A DNA stretch of 63,884 bases, the filler included, from Peribolospora baueri (lineage: Eukaryota), in assembly GCA_029717555.1 (NCBI GenBank). It is 11 parts of 11 records of this genome, joined end to end, with 100 filler letters (N's around TTAATTAATTAA, not from the genome) between each part and the next. Parts side by side here need not be neighbours in the genome. Positions count along the whole stretch, not along the records: positions 7,355 to 14,338 come from JAMDHS010000192.1; positions 14,439 to 20,927 come from JAMDHS010000193.1; 9 more parts are not named here. One strand, given 5' to 3'. Each line of letters opens with the position of its first letter. The stretch's first letter is position 1. Below the pieces are notes generated by a model that ran no database searches, had not been told where the DNA came from, and saw only the letters and a list, made by a program, of their open reading frames with translations. The translations under genes were made by a program, and so were the position numbers. Positions 10,617 through 21,027 of the stretch are shown in pieces.

Positions 10617-11441
10617 TTATGATCCCCACCAGTAGATTGAAATATATAAGAATAGCCAAACCACATCGACGAAATGCCAATAAAGTATACTTGCCTCAAA
10701 CCCAATGTGATGATGGTCTGTTAGATGGTATGCTAAAATTCGGAAAAATGCTACTGCAATAAATAATGTTCCAATAATGACGTGAAGTCCATGGAAACCA
10801 GTACTGAAGAAGAATGTACTTCCGTATGCTCCATCAGCAATAGTAAATCCTGCATCCATGTATTCAATACCTTGGCATAATGTGAATAGAATTGCAAAGA
10901 TTATAGTCATTACAGTTCCTAGTATTACTCCTTTACGGTTACCTTGAATTAAAGCGTGATGTGCATATGTAATTGTAGCTCCACTTGATAGAAGTAAGAT
11001 AGTATTTAATAATGGAATTTCGAAGGGATTTAATACTTCGATTCCCTGAGGAGGCCAATGAGCTCCTAATTCTACTGCTGGTGCTAAACTTGAATGGAAA
11101 TAAGCCCAGAATATTGATAGGAAGAAGAATACTTCACTTATAATAAATAAAGCTACTCCCATTGTAATTCCTTTTTGTACTGCGAATGTATGATCTCCTA
11201 AGAAAGTACCCTCTGTAATTACATCTCGGAACCATAATACCATTGCTCCTAATGTTGCAAAGAATCCTAAACTTAATAAGAATAATCCTGATCCTCCAAA
11301 TGGATTAGCGTATCCATTAAAGTACATAACAGCTGATGATGTTAAAATAAGTAATGCGAATGAAGTTAATAATGGCCATGGACTAGGTTGTACTAGATGA
11401 TATGGATGGCTTTGAAATTGTGTTTTTGTTAAAGTGTTCAT
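10617..11441 (-). CDS. cox3: Cytochrome c oxidase subunit 3 (mitochondrial)
   Basis: Intact 274-aa ORF: HPYHLVQPSPWP...SEVFFF...GFHGLHV...YWHFVDVVWLFLY. Confidence 0.99.
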   Translation of the reverse strand: MNTLTKTQFQSHPYHLVQPSPWPLLTSFALLILTSSAVMYFNGYANPFGGSGLFLLSLGFFATLGAMVLWFRDVITEGTFLGDHTFAVQKGITMGVALFIISEVFFFLSIFWAYFHSSLAPAVELGAHWPPQGIEVLNPFEIPLLNTILLLSSGATITYAHHALIQGNRKGVILGTVMTIIFAILFTLCQGIEYMDAGFTIADGAYGSTFFFSTGFHGLHVIIGTLFIAVAFFRILAYHLTDHHHIGFEASILYWHFVDVVWLFLYISIYWWGS

Positions 11442-12115
11442 GATTAAATTAGTTAATTTAATATTGACACCAACAATCTGTTATTATATAAATAAGAATA
11501 TATTTTAGATTTCTAGTTTGCTCTGTATCCTTACCAGCGTAGCAAATTATACTACTATAAATGTGAAGTTTTTCAATATTTAATAATCTTATTAATTAAT
11601 ATTACTGCTTATATACACTATATATAGTTAATATATAAGAATTATATCTACGTATTAACAGTAAATAATTAAAATAAAAGTGCCTGCCTTATTATTAAAA
11701 TTGGCTGGCCTTTTAAATATAATAACAATAAGAATTTTATTATAAACTCTTATTTGGTTGCTTAGTAAAGATAATATACAAGAAAGTATAAAATACTCTT
11801 GCACTTATCTTATAGATACCTTTAAACTATTATTATCGCTACGTGCATGCACTTTTTGTACTGTCTTCTTTTTAATAAATAAAAAGCTTGGATCCCTTAT
11901 GTTGATTTTTTATATTGGCTTTTTGTGAATTTTATATAAAATTTAAACAGGACAAATCCTGATTTTTATAAAAATGCTCCGCACTCCGCTGAATTTTTTT
12001 GTTAACAAAAAAAATAAAGTAAGGGATCAGCTGTTTAAAATTATTTAAATGTGTTTAAAATACCTAGTTCATTTAACAATATATTCTTACTTTATGAATA
12101 TATAAAAATTAAATA

Positions 12116-12186
12116 TGCAAGAACCGAGACTCGAACTCGGGACCTCTTTTTGGAAGAAAGACATTTTACCTCTAAACTATTCTTGC
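12116..12186 (-). tRNA. trnG: mt tRNA-Gly (UCC)
   Basis: Reverse strand: GCAAGAA/TTCTTGC acceptor; TCTTT-CT-TCC-AA-AAAGA arm. Confidence 0.93.
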
Positions 12187-12540
12187 TTAATATATATGAT
12201 TATAATTTTTTCGCTTTTTATACACTCTGATTTCCTTTTCGGTATTAACATAAATATTATAAATAATATTTGTCTTAAAACTTATATATTATTATTATTA
12301 CTATTATAATATAGTAATTTAATATATGTTGTTCATTTTCACTTCATATCCGATAGCTATAATAATTTGGCTGGCCAATTTACATACGCCCCTCACAAAA
12401 TAAAAATTGTGTGGCGCTTGGGTTTGTGGTTCGCTTATTTCAGAAATCCCTTATTATTAAAATTTGCTGGGATTCCTTAGAATAAAAATACAAATATTAC
12501 TTATATATTATTTAATAAATTTAATATTTATGAATACATA

Positions 12541-12614
12541 AGCACCTCAGAGGACTCGAACCTCTAATCTGCTAGTCCGAAGCTAGTTACTTTAACCAAT
12601 TAAGCTAGAAGTGC
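12541..12614 (-). tRNA. trnR: mt tRNA-Arg (UCG)
   Basis: Reverse strand: GCACTTC/GAGGTGC acceptor; CT-TCG-GA loop. Consistent with the CGA codons in cob, cox3 and atp9. Confidence 0.9.
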
Positions 12615-13107
12615 ATTTATTGAATTTCGGGTTATAAAAACAGGACAAATTTACTCCAAGTGGTTTTTATTTTTCTAGTTTGCTCTGGAGCCTTTCCAGC
12701 TGAAAATAAAAAGTGTTGGCATGCATTGCTACTTACTTATCTTATACGAAATAATATAAGAATTTCACATAATTATAATAAGTATAATAAATAAAACATT
12801 ACTTATGATTATAAAATTGACTATAATATTTTAATATATACTTATAACTAAGGGGACCCACCCTACAGAAAATATAAGTCGTGGCTACCTATTTCATTTC
12901 TTATTTCGTATGAAATATATATTATAATATCATAAAATGCTTCAATATATAATCAATAAATAAAGTTTTGTAGAGTGATAAGCACTTTGATTTAATTGTC
13001 TAGCCCCGCAGGCGCAAGCAACTTTGAAACTAATATTAAGTAGCCAGGAGAGTCCTCTTAATATTAAATTTGACTTGCAGAGCCAGCAATACTTTAAATT
13101 ATAATGG

Positions 13108-13181
13108 GGTAAAACTCCGGGATCGAACCGGAAACCTCTGGAACCACAAACCAGCTCTCTACCAATTGAGATAGAATTACC
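13108..13181 (-). tRNA. trnH: mt tRNA-His (GUG)
   Basis: Reverse strand: encoded G-1:C73; TT-GTG-GT loop; TCCGG-TTCGATC-CCGGA T arm. The acceptor stem has two U-U mismatches. Confidence 0.85.
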
Positions 13182-13888
13182 TTTTATAAAGGCTCCGCAG
13201 GTAATAACCCTTCAGTTGAGACGTTATGATTTTAGGATAATTTTTTTTTTCTTCACTATACCTTTATAGTAATTATATAAGGCGATCATTTAAAATTAAA
13301 TAATGCATGCACTTTGGCGTGCTGTTTTTAAATAAAAAACCCCCAGAAAAATTTGATGTGTTTACATTAAAATAAGTTAGATATAGAGCTTAATAACTGA
13401 CTTGGTTTTACTAATATATTTCTAAAATAATAATGGGTTTATATCATAAAAATATATATGCTCCTTGCCAAATCTTTTAGTTTTTTTTCTTATTTTTTTT
13501 TTTGACAAAAAAAAAAGGATACCATTAAAAAAGAAGACTATAATAAAAACCGCTATTTTTTTCTTAAAAAAAAGATTGTACAAAAAATAAAATTCTTAAA
13601 TTGAACTTTTGAGTAGTAAGTTCTACTAAAAGCAGACAGATGTTCTATTGCTATTACATCGATTTATTTTTTATACTGTTCATGTTTCCATTAAAAATAG
13701 CTTAAGATAATATTGAGCTAAAAAACGAGTTGTTATTCATTTTACTATTTTATATTAGAAAAGTTCTTGTGGCTTAAAAATATTTACCTACAAGACAAAC
13801 CCTCTTAACTATAAAGTATTGTATTATTTTGCATTAATATACAGTACCTTATTAGTAAAATGAAATGAAACAAGAACAATTTGTTTAA

Positions 13889-14122
<234 letters not shown>

Positions 14123-14290
14123 TTTAATAATAACAAATCTGTTACTGGATACTCTAATTTTTGATAAGCAAACCCCTTATTTAATTAATATTATACTTGT
14201 TTCCTATGGAGCCTTACCAGCGCAGCGCGTATCTATAATAAAACTTTTTCTTAGTGTGCGGGTTTCCAGGTTCCCCTTTTTTAAAAGCTA

Positions 14291-14338
14291 CGCACGCGCA
14301 GAACGCACGCGCAGAACGCACGCGCAGAACGCACGCGC
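14291..14338. repeat. 13-bp GC-rich tandem repeat at the mitochondrial contig end
   Basis: (cgcacgcgcagaa) x ~3.7, running into the gap. Confidence 0.9.
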
Positions 14339-14875
14339 NNNNNNNNNNNNNNNNNNNNNNNNNNNNNNNNNNNNNNNNNNNNTTAATTAATTAANNNNNN
14401 NNNNNNNNNNNNNNNNNNNNNNNNNNNNNNNNNNNNNNTTTTTTTTTTTTTTTTTTTTTTTTTTTTCGGTCTCTCGCCTTTCCCACTCCTCGCCGGCCGT
14501 CGCACACCCCTCTTCCACCCCTTGCTCCTCCAGCCTGACCGTCAGAACCTGTCCGGCACAGACAATCGACCGCCATTGGTGCCGCCGGTGGAGCCGGAGG
14601 ATCCGCAGGTCTTTCCCCCCTCCCCAACCAGCGAGCTGCCGCCGGAGTCTATCAGACGCCGTCGTATTTAAGCTGGCCCCTCCTCCCTCCCTTTCGCCAT
14701 ACCCCCCAAGCGTCGAAATCGGCTCGCTCCTCCCTGCCCACCCTCGCGAGCCCTCCGTCCTTCGCCTCTAGGTCGCCAGGCGGATCGACGTACCCCACCG
14801 GCCCCCCTACTGTATGCCACCACTGTACCACCGAGCGGCCCCCGAACACCAGCGACAGCAAGCAGCACCGCAGCC

Positions 14876-16687
14876 ATGGATGTTACGACGGAACGCCAAA
14901 ATGTCGAGCCCATCCTCATCAGCAACCTGGTCTCCTTCACCCTCTTCGGCATCGGTCTCCTCCAGTTGTGAGTGAGCCCGTGCGCCGCCGCGATTCCGTG
15001 CCTGTCGCTGACCCACGGCCTCCCCGTCGCCCTCGACTCGCAGCTTCCACTGCTACCGCCTCTGGTGCGATGGTTCGCGCGAACGCTTCATCTCCATCTT
15101 GCTCCTCGTCCTGTTCTTGACGGACATGGGCGACACGTGAGCGTCCTCGCCGTCCGTCCGCGTGCCTCGGCCTCCCTATGCTGATCCCACCCTTGCCCGC
15201 CGTCTTCGCTCACACAGACTAGGAAAGGGGCTCTACTTGACCGATTTCATTCGCAATCTCCTCACAGAAGGCCTCGCCGGCGCCCTCAAGCAGCCCCCTT
15301 CCGTCTTCTCCCTCTGCCTCACCGACGGCTTGATCGCCTCCCTGAGCCACTTTGTGTACGTCAGGCGAATCTACCGGCTCTACGACCACAACAACATTGC
15401 TTTGTATCTGTGAGTTTCATCAGCGCCGTGCACGTCCCCCGCCTCATACGCCCAGGTGAACAAACGTCCCGCTCCTCTTGTCCGCACAGTATCGTCGGCT
15501 GCTCCCTGCTCGTCTCGTTCGCACAGGTGAGACGACCGTTCCGGTTCCTTCGCCGTTGTGGCGGACGTAGTCACACTGACGTCGACCCGCCTCCGTCCTC
15601 GCCTTTTCCTCTCTACAGCTCGGCGCGTCTATCGCGACCGGTATCATGGCTCTGCAGCCAGTGTCCACTTGGTTCCCCAAGTTGATCCCCTCCGCCGTCG
15701 TCTGGCTCGGTGGTGCGGCCTTTGTTGACGTCCTCGTGGCTTCGTGAGTCGCCCCGGGTGTTTCCAGTTCGCTCCACCCCGTCACTGGTGCCGAGATCAG
15801 AGACTTTCCTCACCCGATTCGAATACATACAGGGCGCTCATCTTCTACCTGTGGCAGCAAAAGACACCGTTCGCCCGGACGAACGACCTCATCGGCAAGG
15901 TGAGGATGCCCCCAAGAGCGCCCGTCGCCAGCTCTGACATTGAAGAACGTCGCTCCACGGCCGTACACAGTGGATCATCCTCACTCTCGAGACGGGCTTC
16001 CTTCCCGCCGTCCTGCAAGTCATGGATCTCATCCTCTTCCTTTCCTTAAAGGTGCGCAACCTCCCGTCAATCCCCCCTCGGGCCACGAGACTCATACTTC
16101 GACATGCCTTCCCTCTTTCAGGAAAAGCCCTACCATATCGCCATCGCCATCGTCATGCCCAAGTTGTACATCAACTGCGTAGGTGTTCCTTTTTTCCTAT
16201 GCGGCCGGCCCGCCCGACTGGCCGATTTTCTTACAAGCGCGCGCTCCTGCACACAGACCTTGATCGTCCTCCGCACCGCCCTGGCCAAGAGGTCCTGGAC
16301 CTACAAGCACCAGACCGGCAGTTACTCTGAAGAGGTGACGAGGAGGAGGAACGTGAACATGGCTACCTCGTTCGGCCGCTCCCAGCAACTTCCCGGAGCC
16401 GTCATGGTGACTATCCCCTCGCCCGCCCGCTCTGTCTCCTCGCTCACGCTGACCCATGCATGCCCACGTCCGTGTCTCCTCGACAGGTCTCGACCACGGT
16501 GGATACCGGCGTCGAACTGATCGAGCAAGGCCGTCCCAGGACGCCGGTCAGCAACCGCTCCGACGTGGAGTCCCAACCCCCTTTCAGCAACACGACCAAG
16601 CGGGACCCTGCCTTTGGCGCGACCGAGGACGGCACGACGCATTTAACGAGCGCTGCCGGACACCCCTACTCCGAGTGCTGGAACTGA
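14876..16687 (+). CDS. Multi-exon integral membrane protein (DUF6534-like basidiomycete family)
   Basis: ATG 14876, many short exons with hydrophobic segments. C-terminal pattern WLGGAAFVDVLVASALIFYLWQQKT..TNDLIGK..LTLETGFLPAVLQVMDLILFL..IVMPKLYIN. Confidence 0.7.
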
Positions 16688-17418
16688 GACCCGGTGTCAG
16701 CACCCGGGTGGGTCGGTCGGGGCGGCGCTGTTGCGTGCGCAAAGTATCCCCTCACTCTCCTTTCTCTTTTCTCCCTTCCACTTGGATCGGACCTTTTGTG
16801 GTGCGGCGGCGGTTTCACTCCTTCTTTCTTCGGTTACCCTTCAAAAAAAAACAAAACGAACCGACTTGGGTTCTCGCGAGTGTCGCGGCCGGGATTGCGG
16901 GCGCTCCCATCTAGTCACCTCGCCCTCTCTTTCAGGTGCATGTACACTTCATGACGACTTAGACGCCCTAGAGCCTCTAAACATTAGCTCCGCGCCGTAG
17001 AGTACTCTAGAGCCCCTCATCTGCAGCTAAAGGCGACCAATGAAATTGCCTCTAGAATCGAATCCGTCCATCGTGCCAGTCCCCTTGGCGTTTTCGATGG
17101 CGAATGAAATGCTCCCTTCCTTCTCTTCCTTCTCCCTCGACGAGGCGACGTCGCATAAGCCAAATCGTTAAATAGCCGCGCGGCTTGATCATGGTATTCT
17201 AAGTACAAGTCGCCGCGTATCTAAACTAACTGCTTTCCCTAAACGTGCGGGTTATCTTCCAATGCGTACATACGTGTATATGCCTCGAGCCGCCCCGGCG
17301 CGTCCGATGGGGGGAGGGGGATGACTGTCTTCAAAGAGTCGAGAGAAGGAAACAAGCCACTACAGCAGTCACACGTTTGACCGCGCAGCGGCGACGGTTC
17401 TCACACGCTCGATCACTT

Positions 17419-19525
17419 TCATGCCTTCGCCTCCGTCTGCTCCGCGCAAGCGCCGAGCAGCCACTTCTTGGTCGTCTCCGCCAGCAAGGCCACGTCCTCC
17501 TTCGTCTGGTACCGGTCGCTGACGTGAAGGTGGAGCGTAAGCTCGCCCTCCCACTGCCAGTACGTGTAGATGACCAACGCGAGAGGCCCGGCGCGGACGG
17601 AGATGTCCACCGTCTCGACGACCAAGCCCGCCGGGGTCGCGTTGTGAGCCTTCCAGTCGGAGAGGAAGCCGAGCCGGTCGAGGTCGCCGATAGAGGACGT
17701 CACGAGGGCGGGCACGTCGATCTGGGCCTTGTCAAACGAGGGCGCGCTCGCATGGAAGGCGTCTTGCGCGGCAAGGTAGGCGTCGCGCGGCAACTTGGGG
17801 AAGGGATAGAGGTGTGTTACGGCACGGTGAGTCAATCTTGTCGGACGAGCGACGAGCGCATCTCCATCTCACCTGAGCGGCCTTGATCTGTGCAGCCGTC
17901 TCCTCAACGAGGGAGGACCAGAATGCATCGTAGTCCTTCTGCACCTCGCCCTGCGCCACGTCGAGCTTGATCGCCTTGCGCACCGAGTCGCCCGACAGGA
18001 CGATCGGCGCTCCGTCGAGACAGAAGCAAGGGGTCGATTTCTCGCCGCCGATGGAGTATTGGGCTTGGAGGAGGCCACGCTGTTGAAGAGAAAGGGGCGG
18101 TGAACCTCAGCTACAATCGATGCCCCTTCCCTCCGTCCTCGTCGTCTCCACACACGCACCTTGTCCATAAAGTTCATCGCGATGGGCAAAAAGGCCGCCG
18201 TCTCCCAGAGACGCTTCACCTCCTCCGCCTTATCTCCTCCCTTGGCAACGGCCTGCTTGAATGCCATCTCCACCTCTGCGAGGGCCAAGAGCGAGTTTAC
18301 GGCCTGCGTGATCGTCTTGCCGTGTGACTTGCAGGCCTTGTGGAGGGCGGCACTTTCGGCTTTGGAGAGGACGATCAATTGGGCGACGTTGGTGGAGGAG
18401 GTGCCGGGGAGCGGTTGAACGGGACGGAAGAAGGGAGCCTATTACGGAGGACAGAGATCACGGAAAGAGTCAGAGACGCGTAACTGCCTGCAAGGACGAA
18501 TTGAGTCCTCACCTGAGGCGCTGGAGCGGCTTCCTCCTTCTTCTCTTCGGTCTTCGCGGCCTCTCCGTTCTGCTCGCTGCCTGCAGCCTTTCCGTTCGCC
18601 TGCGCGCCCCCTTTCGGCGCCGCGCCGTTCGCTTCGCTGGCCGGCTTGACGCCTCCATAGCTGCCGGGGGGCAACTTGACCGTCTCTTCGCCCCACTTGA
18701 GCTTCGAAGCGATTTCAGAGGGAGAGGTAAGCTCTTCGGCGAGATAGTGGAAGAATTGGTTGAACAGCTGGAGAGCGCAGCGACCGTCGAGGGACCAGTG
18801 CGGTCCGTGGAAGCTGAAAAGCGGAAGCGCGAAAGGGACCGCAGTTCGCATTGTGTGTGAGACCCGAGACGCGCCTGGCACGGAAAGGAACGGCTGAGGG
18901 GAAGACGCACTAGAACTGCCACCTGTTCTCCACATCGGCCGAGACATGTAGCTCAATGTTATACCTCCCGTCCGACGCTTTCCACCACCTCGCCTGAAGC
19001 GGCGCGTCTCTCTCGCTCATGGGCTTCCCATTCGCGCCATCGTCGTCCCAAACGATCGTCTCCTCGGCCCACTTCTTCAGCTCCTCCTCATCTCCAGCCG
19101 TGTAGGAGAACGCGAATGCCGAGGGAGCGGAGCTCTCGGGGTCAGGAATCGTGCGGGTGGCGATGCTGGGTGCGAAGAAGCGGAGACGCTTCCAGGCGGC
19201 GGAGACCGGTGCGGAAAGGAGGGAGCGGCCGTTGGCATGGGGAACGGAAGGGAGGAGGACACGGCAGCCGCCGGTGAAAAAAGAGAAGCCTTCAGCCCTC
19301 TCGCTGGCCAGTGCGGTGTTCGTCGAGGAGAGAAATGGGAGCGAAGACGTAAGAAAGGTGGGGCTGACGACGGCGGAGCCGCCATATCCGGTGCTGCAAC
19401 GAGCGTCATCGGAGGCGTCGACACGGCACTCACGTATAGTTGGCGACGAGCAATTCGAGGCCGTAGAGGCGGCGGACAAAGAGTTTGCGGTCGGCCGAGG
19501 AGTACTGTAGGTGGTCGATGGCCAT
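17419..19525 (-). CDS. CoA-dependent acyltransferase (condensation fold; Tri3/alcohol O-acetyltransferase-like), multi-exon
   Basis: AWKRLRFFAPSIA, catalytic-type HxxxDG motif (HWSLDG), CKSHGKTITQAVN, SSIGDLD, YTYWQWEGELTLHL. Confidence 0.7.
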
Positions 19526-20047
19526 GCTGATAGTGAGATGTGCTGGGAGAGGGTGGTAGAGATAGGAGACGACTGGAGACAGCGCCGTGAGCACGGGAAG
19601 CAGGTGAGCTAGGAGGGCGCAATTTATAGTTTCCGCACCTTAATTCTACCGGCGTCCGTCGCACCGCATCCGCCTACTGCGCGACAGGGCGCTTCCCTCG
19701 GGCCCGTGCGGAAGGCGTTGCTTTCTCGTGTTATCTCCGTTGTTGGCGTCGGGGGAGTGCATGGGAGTGACATAAACATGCTGAGGAATCCCCTGCGAAG
19801 GACGGCGTTGAATACGAGCGTTCGGGCTAGCGCTGCGTAGACCCGCTTCATTTACACACACACGACAGCCGACGCTCATGCGTGGCCACAGGAAGCCAAT
19901 CCCTCCTCTGCCCCGGCCCCTGCCTCGTCCGCGACTGGTCAAGCTGCGAGGCGCGATCTCTTCGCCGCCCGGCTTGCCCTTCCCGGCAAGCACCAGCTCG
20001 TACGGCGCCTCCCAAGTTCACTCCAATTTCCCTCCGAGTTCACTCCA

Positions 20048-20495
20048 AGCGCACTCCAAGCTTACCGCAGTCCGCCGAGCGCACTCCAAGCTTACCGCAG
20101 TCCGCCGAGCGCACTGCAAAGGTCACTTACAGCGCACCGAGAGATGACCTTTTTTACCAGCCGACGTGGAAAACGAGCTTTTTAATAAGGCATTTTGAGT
20201 GCATATAAGGTACATAGATTGATAAAGGAGTATAGAAGAGCATACCAGCGAAATCCGGAGCTCATTTGAGAGAGAAAAAGCAGAGTTATAAGCGTTTGAA
20301 GTTTGGACCGATGATTTTCATTTTTGTAACGGCTGCGTTTGAATGCACATAAAGTACATAGATATGGAGGGCCGATAGAAGAGCATACAGCGACATTAAG
20401 AGAGAAAAAGAGGAGATATAAGCATTTAAAGTTTGGTCCGATAATTTTCAACTTTGTAATGGCCGGCTTTGAAGACTAACAAAGTATATGGACCG
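20048..20495. repeat. 30-bp tandem repeat followed by an AT-richer ~130-145-bp imperfect repeat
   Basis: agcgcactccaagcttaccgcagtccgccg x2.3 (20048-20115). Related units tttga.tgca.ataa.gtacatagat...gagagaaaaag...aagtttgg.ccgat.attttca start near 20193 and 20337, with a weaker third near 20468. Confidence 0.75.
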
Positions 20496-21027
20496 GTTGA
20501 GGGACATTAGGAGGGAATGTAAGCGAAAACCCGAGTTAACACTTCGATGGCACGTGCACGTTGTCCAAGTTGCGCTATACGAGGCTCCTTGTCAAGGCGG
20601 TGGTGCCCCGCACTGCTGGTGCGATTAACAAGCCGATTACGGCCCTCCATCCAGACGGCTTCCTCCTTTCGCCTCTTGCATCAACGAGCGTAACTGGCAG
20701 ACTTTGACCTCCCCCACTCCCCCGAGGCCATGGCTATTGACGATCTCGGACCGACCGACTTGATCAGCGCATCCATGTCGCTACAATCTCGCCTCACCAT
20801 AGAGTCCATGGTACGTATCCAGACCTCTCTCTTCCCCGCACCATTCCACAGAATGACTTTCAACGTCGCCGCTCCTCCTTCAAATGAGCTGTTTTCTGTT
20901 CTCAAACTCACTCACTCCCAGTGCGCCNNNNNNNNNNNNNNNNNNNNNNNNNNNNNNNNNNNNNNNNNNNNTTAATTAATTAANNNNNNNNNNNNNNNNN
21001 NNNNNNNNNNNNNNNNNNNNNNNNNNN

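Noticed and set aside
10617..11441. Inferring the mitochondrial genetic code from the absence of TGA-Trp
   Set aside because: Trp is TGG in the visible genes, but absence of TGA in about 470 codons, with no trnW in view, does not establish the code.
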